Source: a virus (taxonomy: Duplodnaviria > Caudoviricetes). From it: a stretch of 26,283 nucleotides of DNA. The notes beneath the pieces are model-generated. The model saw nothing but the letters and a program-made list of their open reading frames with translations, had not been told where the DNA came from and ran no database searches. Every line of letters starts with the position of its first letter. Within the stretch, counting starts at the first letter, position 1. The position numbers and the translations under genes are program-made. The stretch covers positions 1 through 26,283 of IMG/VR virus record IMGVR_UViG_3300035492_000096; one strand, written 5' to 3'. Shown piece by piece: positions 1 to 10,900 of the stretch.

Positions 1-3000
1 TCTCTGTCAGCAAATGGACTGATCAGTGCAGAGGTAGATACCAGTGAACTGGGACCGTCTTTCTCCTTATCGTACGACCGTACTGTCCCACGGACACTAG
101 TGATGTTGGCATTCGGTGTCATGTAGGTGATTACCGCTACATCACCCGAGTCCACCGTACTCTCAGAAATAAACCCAATGTCCGATTCCTTGAACAGACG
201 GTCTTTGGCAGTCATGGACCGACCAGTACGACCACCACGACCACCATAAGTGATGATCTCTTTCTGCTTCAGGTTCTGGATAGGGTTGATGTCATCGATG
301 ATGGTTGCTGCTGGGTCCTGAACGATACCCATGAGGATCTCGTACGGCTTCATCGTGATCTGAGAATTACCTGATGCGTTACGTGCGTTATAGGTTCGGA
401 TGGACTTGACCAACTCGGAATAGATCAGACCTGGGATACGTTCATAACCCTTAGCCCGTTCCATCCCTTCGAATACACCGTCAGTCGTCTCCACCTTTTC
501 AGGCACGTAACGACTTACCAGTAACTCCACTGCTCGTAACAACAGCTTGATAAACTCAACGGGTTCTTTCATCCAACGCAGGATGTCAGCTGTAATAGGA
601 TCGACCCACATAGCGTTCATCTGATCCAGTTCACGTAAATACCGCAACCCGATTCCGTTCTCACCCAGGACGTTGAAATACACATCCGTGGTATTGAACG
701 TGTGTCGACTGTAATTCTTGATCTGGTTATGATACTGAGTGAAGCCAGCGAAGATCATTGCGCTATAGACGTCTGATTTCTCCATGACGATGTTCTCATC
801 AAGGAAGCGAATAGCGTATTCATCAGCCACCATATTCAGGCGTTCGCCTACTGGAACAACACGGTACTTGGCACCGGTCAACTTGATCAGTTGATCAAAC
901 CCGAGCAGATAACCCAGCGCCATACCGACGGGCATGGTTTTACCGAAGATACTGATCTCGGCCAGGCTGACTGGTGCCTTAGACTGATCAAGACCGAATA
1001 ACTCCTCTGCCTGCCCCAGCTCTTCAACTACATCACCGTTGAGAAGATAGAACATGTTGTTGTCGTCCACCGCAATGTAACTATCATCACGACGTCCACA
1101 CACAACCCAGCCGCTGTGTTCACTCTCTATCTGAGCTACTCGATCCATGTCGAACAACTTAGACCGTTTACGGTTATTGTAGTCGAACCAATAATTGCCG
1201 TTGGAGGTCATAGACAAAATACGTGCAGCAATGATGGTATAGATGTTCGGTAGTTTGACATTGTAAACAGCGACATCAGCTGTCTTCACCGAACTGATCA
1301 GCGGATCGTCTTTATCCAGACCCTTGTGCACAATTGCCTTGGCTATCCATCCATCATAGCTGAATACTGCCCTTGCACTACGATCGATGAAGATTTTACT
1401 GTAGTAACTTGTCAATGCCACCCGAGAGTGGTTTACTTTACGGATTGGGATATCGGCTTTCTGGGTACGACTACGCCAGCGCTGACCATTGGAGACATAG
1501 ACCCCGTTCTTATCCACCACCGGAATACGGAACGTAATGGTAGAAGGTTTACCTACCACCGGAGTCAGTTGCACGCGATGGATCTCGTAATTACTGACAG
1601 CGTCCTCCACCTGCTCTACCTTGTAATCTGTCACAGCTACACCGGCTTTCTGAACAGACATGACGGCATTGAGGATATCTTTCTTCATCACCTTCTGAAT
1701 GTACTGACTATCCATCTTTTCGACACTGGACTTGAGCATGCTCTTATCCTTGACCACATCCATGTCGGTGTAGGTATCACTCTCTTGAATGATGGTATCT
1801 TCGTCAGTAATCTTCAGTGATTCGGCAATGGTCTTGGTCTTATCCCATGGATTTGGTAGGGTTTCATACGACTCAGCTAACCGCTTCATCCGACGATATT
1901 GAGCTGCGGTGTAGACACCTTTATCAACCAACTCATCCAGACGCTGATCGATGGCGCTGGTCAGTGTATGGGTGCGGATGCCGTGACCAATGACCTGATC
2001 AACAACAGTATCAGTTTTCTCAGCGGTTTCAATAACGATGTCACCATCTTCATCAGTGATGATGGTCTCATCATCACTGGCCGGCGCATCCAGCTCCTCA
2101 CTGAGTTCTTCTTCCACGTCTTCCATGAGGATCTGGTCGGTACCCGACTGTTCACGCAGTGTCTGATCCAACGTATCGTCTTCGTCACTATCATCTTCAT
2201 CCTGATCAATCTCGCTTTGAGCATTGACATCAGCGATAGTGTTGGTTTGTGCTACGATTCGGGTCAACATGCGTAAAAACCGCAGCTGCAATACTTTTGG
2301 ATCGATGCCTGTGATGGCCTCCATAGAGACTTCGTCATCAGCAACGAAGGGAATCTCGTTCACTTCACCGTAGGTGTATTTCTCGTACAGGTCGTCAAAG
2401 TGGTCTTCCTCTTCAATCGACCCACTCTGGAAAGACTCCATGGAGATCCCAGCACCCGCCTTGCGCCAACCATTGAGTGTTCCGAGGTTGATGACAATGA
2501 ACCCGGTCTCACGACGGATGAGTAGATTGATCTCGTTTAAACGAGATTCGTCCAATTGACCCATGGGGCATTTATCACGGTTGTCACCCAACCAGGTCCA
2601 CAGATCCAATAAATCCAACCGCTCACGGGTATTGAATACCTTGGCCAATTGAGGAGTGATGCCGCGTTCACCCTTACGTAGATCACTGATGGATGGGAGA
2701 GATTTGGGTATGTCGAATACCACGATATGGTGGCGTTCGTTTTCTGTTTTCAGCTCATTGATTTTTCTCCAGAGGGTGGTACGGATGTTCTTCCAATACC
2801 ACCAACGAGAAAGAGCACTGCGGGTGTAACGATACAAATGACCAATCATGCTATAATTGATAACCACCATGTTGGTCAGATCGCGGGTCGCGTCGTCGTA
2901 TTTACGCAGTGGTCTGATCATCATGTTTTCACGACGATACTGCGTGATCATGGGGTTGATCAATTTGTACGTTGGTCGAGGAGCGCCTTCTTTACTGAGC

Positions 3001-3224
3001 AGGTCTTTCACATGGTCGATGTAGACCATGCGTTGAGCGGCCTTGATGACAGGACCTTCGGAATCAGGTCCGATCTCGGTCTCGTTTTCCGGCATGTAGT
3101 GAAAGACTGTCCCACGGGGTAGAGAAAACCGTTCAATGGGACGGACTTTGGGGTTTTCCAGACCACCGATCCGACGAATGCCGAAGAGTCGAATGTAGCG
3201 ATCATAAAGGAACATAACGGACAT
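1..3224 (-). CDS. rpoB: Virion multisubunit RNA polymerase beta subunit, N-terminal/large part (phiKZ gp178-like); 3' end lies outside the window
   Basis: Absent from the ORF track because no stop falls in the window. Manual translation from the ATG at 3224 (GGAG upstream) gives MSVMFLYDRYIRLFGIRRIGGLENPKVRP..., and the same frame at the window edge gives DDINPIQNLKQKEIITYGGRGGRTGRSMTAKDRLF..DIGFISESTVDSGDVAV..LISPFADR. This matches the beta-subunit fork-loop region (cf. bacterial NPL..LTH.R...GPGG..R...E.PEG.N.G). It lies directly downstream of the beta' gene. Confidence 0.9.
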   Translation of the reverse strand, partial: MSVMFLYDRYIRLFGIRRIGGLENPKVRPIERFSLPRGTVFHYMPENETEIGPDSEGPVIKAAQRMVYIDHVKDLLSKEGAPRPTYKLINPMITQYRRENMMIRPLRKYDDATRDLTNMVVINYSMIGHLYRYTRSALSRWWYWKNIRTTLWRKINELKTENERHHIVVFDIPKSLPSISDLRKGERGITPQLAKVFNTRERLDLLDLWTWLGDNRDKCPMGQLDESRLNEINLLIRRETGFIVINLGTLNGWRKAGAGISMESFQSGSIEEEDHFDDLYEKYTYGEVNEIPFVADDEVSMEAITGIDPKVLQLRFLRMLTRIVAQTNTIADVNAQSEIDQDEDDSDEDDTLDQTLREQSGTDQILMEDVEEELSEELDAPASDDETIITDEDGDIVIETAEKTDTVVDQVIGHGIRTHTLTSAIDQRLDELVDKGVYTAAQYRRMKRLAESYETLPNPWDKTKTIAESLKITDEDTIIQESDTYTDMDVVKDKSMLKSSVEKMDSQYIQKVMKKDILNAVMSVQKAGVAVTDYKVEQVEDAVSNYEIHRVQLTPVVGKPSTITFRIPVVDKNGVYVSNGQRWRSRTQKADIPIRKVNHSRVALTSYYSKIFIDRSARAVFSYDGWIAKAIVHKGLDKDDPLISSVKTADVAVYNVKLPNIYTIIAARILSMTSNGNYWFDYNNRKRSKLFDMDRVAQIESEHSGWVVCGRRDDSYIAVDDNNMFYLLNGDVVEELGQAEELFGLDQSKAPVSLAEISIFGKTMPVGMALGYLLGFDQLIKLTGAKYRVVPVGERLNMVADEYAIRFLDENIVMEKSDVYSAMIFAGFTQYHNQIKNYSRHTFNTTDVYFNVLGENGIGLRYLRELDQMNAMWVDPITADILRWMKEPVEFIKLLLRAVELLVSRYVPEKVETTDGVFEGMERAKGYERIPGLIYSELVKSIRTYNARNASGNSQITMKPYEILMGIVQDPAATIIDDINPIQNLKQKEIITYGGRGGRTGRSMTAKDRLFKESDIGFISESTVDSGDVAVITYMTPNANITSVRGTVRSYDKEKDGPSSLVSTSALISPFADR

Positions 3225-3242
3225 TAGCGTCACTCCGCTTAT

Positions 3243-4892
3243 TTAGCGTGAATTGGACATCCCGTGACGGAAACGACCCGTCATATTGGTGACTACGTAG
3301 TTCAGGGTATCGTAGTCGTAAGATGCCCTAAGGTTACCTGCTACGTCAACCCAGCTACTGCGGGAACGTAGTTTTCGATCGTTCTCTGCCAATGCTTCTT
3401 TTGACATGATGACAGTACCACCACCCATATCCCCGTCGAAGTCGGCATTGAGGCCTTTCAGACGAGTGGAATGTGGTGATTGACTATCCATAAAAGATGA
3501 GGAAGATGCTTTTGGAAACTCGATTGCCAAATAGTCGTCACCATCGAGTGGTTGCCAATCATCACCTAGCTCACGTCGTTGTTCACCGACAATAGTCGTC
3601 TTGACATAGATTCGACTAGGGTACATCGAATCAGTACCTGAGATAGGGTATCGACTGACCTGGACGAAGTAATCATTCCATTTGCGATATGCACTCAGAT
3701 AGAGCATCTCTACCAGCGATAATGGATATACGTGACTTTTGTCCAGGTGATCGGGTAGATCGTCAATGTCGTAGAAAATCTTAAACGTGTTATCTGGACC
3801 ACGGTAAATCAATGCCAGATAATGTCCCTCAATCTCTACGGGACGATGGCGATTCTCAATGACCTGGTAACTATCGATGACCGATTCCAATCCATCACGA
3901 GTTGCCCATTTATCCCGAGTCGTGGGTTTGAGTTCTACCCAGACACTCTTGAGCGTAGTCTTATCCACCAACTGAGCCTGACCTTCATCGACCTGGATCC
4001 GGTTCTCCAATAGCTGACGGATGTGGTGAATGGTGACTGGTGTAATAGAACGCATGACCTGATGTAAACCCATAGTGGTCGAATCGAAGCCAGGTGCGTT
4101 CTTATCACCAAGGTCTGAGATAGATGTATCCATCACGGTCAGTACGTTACGGGTGCCGTAAGCGACACGTCTGGCAGCCCATTTATCCTGGATATATCCA
4201 TTCTTACCAGCGATCATTCCCTCGAGGAGATCATAAATCTCGGCCATGGTGTTGGTGAGCGCATTCCTGGCAATGTCAAATGCTGGAGATTCCATGTCAT
4301 TGGTCATTGGGATCGTATTGCTGATCGACAATGCTCGAAAATACAGGTTATGGATCTCGTTCTTGGTAACTGCACCAGAGTCACTGATTTCGAGATCACG
4401 GATACCAGCTGGAATGACAGGTAGGTATCTGGTCAAAGCACTGTCACGATACCGCTCTAGCATAATGACGCGCTGTTGACGGGTAGGTGACTTGGTCTTT
4501 CGAAAACGGAGTTTGGGGAAGTGCTTAACAAAGAAAGCATACCCTGTATCAGAATTCTCCGATGTATCAGCGATGAAGTCACCAAGTTGCTCATCGAAAA
4601 TAGCTGTCTCACGACCAGCTACGATACCTCGATAGATTGATTTCATTGTCATCAGATCTCGGAAGATCTTGGGGTGGAATATCTCTACTTTAAGATCGAT
4701 ATACGAGAAAGTGGTTTCTCGTTGAGGGGAGCCTACTCGACCAAAGATGGCCGTTGAGTACAATCCCTCATCATGGAACTCGCTACTGGCACCGTCGTAA
4801 ATATCAAGACTGGTGATGGGTGTCATGTGACGAACCCGTTCGGCTGTGAGTTTCATTGGCCAGATTTCAGCTGGCAGTTCAGCAAAGCGCAT
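3243..4892 (-). CDS. rpoC: Virion RNA polymerase beta' subunit, N-terminal part with the catalytic motif (phiKZ gp180-like)
   Basis: 549 aa. Catalytic NADFDGD at 3429-3449, plus GLYS..IFG, PVIPAGIRD and SRYP motifs typical of beta'. GAGGA SD upstream. Confidence 0.93.
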   Translation of the reverse strand: MRFAELPAEIWPMKLTAERVRHMTPITSLDIYDGASSEFHDEGLYSTAIFGRVGSPQRETTFSYIDLKVEIFHPKIFRDLMTMKSIYRGIVAGRETAIFDEQLGDFIADTSENSDTGYAFFVKHFPKLRFRKTKSPTRQQRVIMLERYRDSALTRYLPVIPAGIRDLEISDSGAVTKNEIHNLYFRALSISNTIPMTNDMESPAFDIARNALTNTMAEIYDLLEGMIAGKNGYIQDKWAARRVAYGTRNVLTVMDTSISDLGDKNAPGFDSTTMGLHQVMRSITPVTIHHIRQLLENRIQVDEGQAQLVDKTTLKSVWVELKPTTRDKWATRDGLESVIDSYQVIENRHRPVEIEGHYLALIYRGPDNTFKIFYDIDDLPDHLDKSHVYPLSLVEMLYLSAYRKWNDYFVQVSRYPISGTDSMYPSRIYVKTTIVGEQRRELGDDWQPLDGDDYLAIEFPKASSSSFMDSQSPHSTRLKGLNADFDGDMGGGTVIMSKEALAENDRKLRSRSSWVDVAGNLRASYDYDTLNYVVTNMTGRFRHGMSNSR

Positions 4893-4933
4893 GAGGATAT
4901 CCTCTATTGACGAGGTCGTTTAACCACAGTTGG

Positions 4934-4937
4934 TATG
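4934..4937 (+). promoter_or_regulatory. Putative phiKZ-type late promoter core (TATG)
   Basis: TGGTATGA about 43 nt upstream of the 4980 start, in a divergent intergenic gap. The same 8-mer lies upstream of the 16186 gene. TATG is the known phiKZ late-promoter consensus, but a 4-mer alone is weak evidence. Confidence 0.4.
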
Positions 4938-4979
4938 ACATTTGGCTTATTATATTCAAAGCCCTCATGAAGGTGGAAC

Positions 4980-7900
4980 ATGGCTAAGAAGACAGATTTC
5001 GACCTAGATGGAATGGATTTCGAAAATTTCGAAATCGATATCCCAGAATGGAATGACGATGGTGGTAACGATGATAGCGAACAGTCACGTAAACCCATCA
5101 CACGTGTTCTTAGAGGTACTAAGGATGGGTTGAAGAGTGCAATCACATCCAAGGAAGGTATTCGTTCTGCCCTGAGCCTGGCACTGCCAGAAGGTTATTC
5201 ACTGGCAGCGGATACTCTTGAAGACATCGGTACCGATGCAAAATCACTATACGATAAGGTGGCTGGTGAGAGCCCGGAGCTGGTTCGCGGTAGCCGTAAA
5301 TTTTCACGGCGGGCGATGAATCTTCTTGGAAACAAAGTACTTCCCAAGAAAGTAGCGGATCGCATCAACTTATCGCTTGAAGACTTTGATGATGTACCTT
5401 CATCTGAGAGTGATTATCAACAAAGTCAAGAAGATGCAAAACTTCAAGAAATTGCTGACATCTTCAAAGCACAGACAGCCCTTCAGGAACATCAAGCAAA
5501 AGAAGATGCTGTCAAAGAAGTAGAAGAGAAAGCAGTAGAGCAAGAACGGTTCAAGTCCAATATCCAAGCACTGATGGGTATAAACCGTAACCTAGCTCGT
5601 CTGGTCAGCTACCAGGACAAGGTGACAATCAAATACCAGCAGAAGATGTTGGAGTTCACCTATCGTCAATTTGAAGTCACCAAGAAACTTCTGGATGTAT
5701 CAGCCATCAATGCCGATAAGCAGAATAAACTGCTTCAGAATATCCAGAAGAACACTGCGCTGCCTGAAGCTGTAAAGATTCGTGGTAGCGAAATGTTTGG
5801 TATGATGGCCAAACAACGGTTGATGGATAGTGGTCTCAACCATATCTCCAACTGGTCTCAGAACTACGCCAAGCAGATTACAGATAATGTCCATGGGATG
5901 ATCTCCGGATTCGTCGATCCGATTAAAGATGTCTCTGGTATGACATCCGAAATGGATAAGTCGTATCTGGCTGGTCAGATGATGGGGTCTGAAGGTGGTC
6001 GTTATATCCGTGACTGGTTGGCGATGACGATTGCCCCTCAGGTCAAGAAGATCGGTGTCGTTGATCGGTTTGGTGAGACCCTACGTGGTGCTTTTACCGG
6101 GGTTCCGCAGAAGATTAATGAGTTTGCTCAATCAGAGACCAAGGGTAGTGGTTGGAAAGCAGCTGGCTTGCAGATGCTGAAGAACTTCCTACCCAAGTTC
6201 TGGCTCGATTCTTCGGTGACCGGTGAACGGGTCGATATGCTGGATGACGTTGGGACGTTCGATAAGATCGCTCGCCGTAGTCTCATCGAAATCATCCCTG
6301 GGTACTTGGCAGATATCGCCCATTGGACACGTGCATCGGCCACTGGCGAGATCGGCGATCGTAAGGTTTATAACCCAGTACGTGGTGGGTTTACGGACGA
6401 GACTACCCAGATCCAGGATGTGGGTCGTCAGATCATTTCCGTATCGGAGAGACAATCCCTTAGGACATCGCTCAATGACTTCATGCAGTCTATCGGTGCC
6501 GATGTTCTTTCCACCAGCGCTCAGCAAGTACTCAAAAGAAAGCTTCTGGATGAACTTGCTAATGGACGCGATCTTATTCCCAAGCGCCTAGCTGATCCAG
6601 AAAGTTATCCCAACGTCTCACTCGACATTGTCGATGAGATTACTACGCTTATCACAGATGTATTCGGTCTTGACCATGAAGGTGAACGGGCCGATCGTTT
6701 CGGTGATAAAAATTACAACGATATCGCTGCAAGGTTTTATCAACTGAGTAGCATGGTGCCTGATGCAGGCACTCGCGTCCGTGTTCTGTCAGATGTCCTG
6801 GGTAAGGATGTCATGCGTAAGCTGGGGTTCATTGAACGTCAGGGTCATGAAGACAGAATTAATCAAGAAGCATTCAGGGACATCATCCTCAATGAAAGCG
6901 ACGAAGAAAGCCCGACACCACCTACGCCGGTGCGTTCGAACGATGTTAATCTTGGTCGTCTTATCCGGGACACTGTTCCTTTCGTTAACAAAACTCCTCT
7001 GGCTGATGCCGATAGTGCTGATCGAGCAGATGATCAGACCACTGCGCAAGCAAGTCGTTCAACCAGAGGAATGCGATTAGATCGGTGGCTGGGTGAGAAG
7101 AGCCTTCTCATCAACATCCTCAAGGAATCGAGAGACTATCATGCACAGACCGTAGAACTCCTTTTAGGTCTAGGTAGTGGCTCAGTTGGTTTCAGTGGTA
7201 AAGGTGAGATTCCAGACTCCATTAGGAAAGCCGCAGAAAAAGCGGCAGCTAAATGGACGAGTGGTCGAGAACGAGCCAAGGTTTGGATTGGTAAAGGTAA
7301 AGACAAACTCAAGGCAGGTAAAGTCTTGGCCAGGGACATTTGGATTCAAGGCCAGGACCATCCTGTATTGGAACAATGGCGTCTTGATGCCAAACAGTAT
7401 TATGACAAGGCTAGTGGCAATGTCATTGAGAAGTGGGAAGATATCAGTGGTGATGTAGTCGACATCAAAAATAAGACAGTGGTGCGGTTCGATGACCTGA
7501 TGACCACAGGTGTTATTGCTGATGCGAAAGGTAACATCCAAGGTATCTTCAATGAGAAGTACGGTAAGTTTGCTGAAACGGAATTTGGTAAAAACGTCAT
7601 TGAGCGAGCCAACAAAGCCGCTGGATCACTCGGTGATCTTAAGACCAAGATCATGGCTGGTCAGAACATTAAAGACCTGCCAGGGCACTACGCCAAAAAG
7701 CTTAAGGAAGAAGGGAAGGAACAGAAGAAGAAGATGAGACCCCGCTGGAATAAACTGATGGGGTTCTTCAGTAAGAAGGCTGGTGCTGATGTCTCCAGTG
7801 AATTGACTGGCGAAGCTGGTGAAGACACAGTCACACTGCTTCTGAGAAGTGTACAGCTGCAATACGAAACTCTCAAAGAACTGACCAAGGATAAGGTACG

Positions 7901-10900
7901 TAAAGGGTCTTTCACTGACATCTTTAATAGACGTAAGGAAAAGGAAGCCGACGATAAGAATGCACCTGAACCAAAGACTGAAGGTATTCAGGGTATTCTG
8001 GCTCGCACTGGTCTATTAGGTATGTTGGCCGATAAACTAGGTCTGGGTGGGGATGATGAAGGTGGGGACACTAACATCGATATCCTCAGCACTGGTGGTG
8101 GTGACGCTGACGATGGTCGTAATAGACGACGTAATCCGGGTGGAAATAATCGCCCACGTCCTCAGCGTCCCAGAGGGAAATGGGGGTGGACCAAGTGGGG
8201 TGTCAAGAAGGCTTGGAATTTCGCAACATGGGGTGTGCGTTCAGCATGGAAGCTGGGCGGTAGTATCCTAGGCTCTAAAGCAGTCAGGAGTGCTGTTGGA
8301 TTTGGTTTGAGAAAAGCGGTATTTCCTCTACTCGGTGGATTGCTGGCAGCAGCTGGTATCGCAGCGGCACCGGTGGTAGCAGCTGCTGGTGTGATCGCTA
8401 CCGGGGTGTCAATTGGGATGTGGGTGTATGATATCTTCAAGGAGAAACCAGCACCACTGACACGTCTGCGTCTTGCCCAATATGGTATCAAACCAGATCT
8501 GGGTAACAAGTATCTTGAACCATTGGCGAAACTGGAGAAATATGCAGTCGACTTAGTCAATGTAGATGCTGATGGTAAAGCTAAGTTCGATTATACCAAG
8601 ATTGATGTTGCGACTGTCGCGCAGATCTTTGGTGCCGATGCCACTAAGCCAAACAACCCACAGATGATCAGGTTGGGTTCATGGATCAAAGGGCGTTTCG
8701 CTACAGTGTTCACTAAATGGATTTCATCCTTCTACAGCGTGGATCGTTCTAAAGATCTTACTAAGGTGGATGAGAAACTCAAAGGGAAAGTGGCACTTGA
8801 GTTCTTGGAGAAAGTATCGTTCAGTTCGGAAACTGCGTTATTCGATATCATGGTTTCCCCATTCGAAGATGATGACGAACTTCAGATGGACGCTGATGAT
8901 GTCGAAGATATCTACGAATCTGTCAAGAAGACACTGAGACAGAATGCTGAGCGAGAAGCACTCCAACGCCCTGATAACAGCGCTGCATTATCAGGAGCGG
9001 CCGGTACAGCCGCCCAAGCAGCCGCTCAGACAGTAGAAGGGTACCGTCAGGCAGCAGATAACCCCTCGGATCGTAGTGCACCCAGACAAGGACGAGAAGG
9101 GGCACGTGACATCGCTGATGGATACCGTCAAGCTGCTCAAGGTCGTGGACGTGGTGTAGCGGCAAATAACCGCGCTGTGGCGGCTACGTTAGTGGCTGGC
9201 GCAGGTGCTGCTGTAGTTACTGCTACGACGAAAACATCTTCGGTGACTGATAGGGTCGAAGAGTTGGATGATGGTAAACCAGTGCGCTTCAGAGCGTACG
9301 GTCTGACTGAGATGGATGCTACCAAGGTAGGTCAGTTGAGTCAACTGGAAGCATTCTGTTTTGCTAATGTCAAGTACGATTCGAATAAGCAAGCGCAGTT
9401 TGATGATGAGACTGTCATTCATCAGGAAGCCGAACGTATCTTCCAACCAGTGGGATCTGAGACAGACAAGGTGTATATCTGGTTCTATCGTCGATTCCTA
9501 CCGGTCTTTAAAGCTTTCTGTTCATCGGTCAGGGAACACGCTAGTATTGATGCCAAGGATGCGGCAAAACGCTTGGATACGGACAAGTTACTTGAAGCAT
9601 TGAGGACCTCAGTCAACGCCAGGGACAATGCTGGTATCTCTGTATGGGATATCCCTGAGTCACCTTGGGCCGGATATGTGCTGGGTCGTGACCCAGAGTC
9701 GGTCAAAGAGGCACTGGCTGTCCTGGAGTCTAAAGTAAGGACTAACGTTCTTAGTGAAGACACTGGGATCAATCGTGGTAGACGACGAGATGCACATGGT
9801 AATCTGGTAGAAGAAGATGGATCTCAAACCAACCGACCTGGTCGTAATAGCCGGGGTCGTAACAGGACCAATGGATCTGGTCAACCAGAATCGGCAGCTG
9901 ACAACGAAGAGGGTGGGTTCTTCAGTCGGTGGTTCTCAGGTGGCAGCAAACCTCCCCAAGGAGGGCACATGACTCCTGAGGGGCAAAACACCAGTAATGG
10001 TCCGGCTGTCCAACCGAGTGGACCTCCCGTATCTCATCCTGGTGGTGGTACTGGGGGTGATGTCAATACCATTCCAGAACCTGCCGGGGATGGCTGGGAA
10101 GCCAATAGAGCCACCTTGATGGCAGCAGCCAATATGGTGGGTGTAGACCCTGCGCTGGCGGCATCAATTGCCGGTGTGGAGTCCTCTTGGAAACCTCATG
10201 CCAGACCATATAAGAACCCGAAAGACCCGTCAAAGGGTGTATTGTCCTCAGCAGCCAGTTACTATCAGGTGATCAACAGTACGTGGAAGTACCTGATGGA
10301 CAAGTATGCTGATAAATACGGTATCCATCCAGACACTACTCAAGCAGATCCTCGAGCCAACGCACTACTGGGTCTCGAGTACATCCGTGAAAACATCAAC
10401 ACAATCAAGAGTGCGGTGAACAGACCGATTACAGATACGGACGTCTATCTGGCACACTTCCTGGGTCCAGGTGGTGCTAAACGATTCCTGTCGGCTCCAG
10501 GTGGAGCAGCAGCTACGCTCCATGTGGGTTCGGATCAAGCCTCATCTAATCCAGGTATCTTCTTCGATAGCTCCGGAAGACCAAGAACGGTCAATGAAGT
10601 TTATCGGGACTTTGAACGTAAGTTGACAAACTACCGTAAAGATGATGCATCTTCACTAGCCGCTCAACTGCGTCAGGAACAGACAGGGAAGCCTGATTCC
10701 ATCGTTGAAGAAGAGATTGCCACCACTGCCAGTACTGCATTGGATACACCAGCACTTCCGTCTATGGTTCAGCCAGAGGTACCTGATACTCTCAACAGGA
10801 CCATCGAACGAGACATACCTACCCAGACCCCTCCAGCTAGTTCTGAGGATTCTGATGAGAGGATTGTCAATCGTCAGATCAGACAGGAAACAATGCAGGT

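Noticed and set aside
1326-3205. Track ORFs 1326-1820, 1899-2276, 2374-2559, 2727-3122 (+) and 1961-2230, 3008-3205 (-)
   Set aside because: They are antisense or out-of-frame shadows of the continuous minus-strand RNAP beta frame (3224 to the window edge).
3225-3242. Possible intron or homing endonuclease between or within the RNAP genes
   Set aside because: The gap is only 18 nt, both reading frames are continuous, and no HNH, LAGLIDADG or intein motifs were seen.
5370-5385. LSLE in the N-terminal region of the tail protein as a prohead-protease site
   Set aside because: It is a single short motif in a tail protein, which is not expected to meet the head protease, so it is likely chance.
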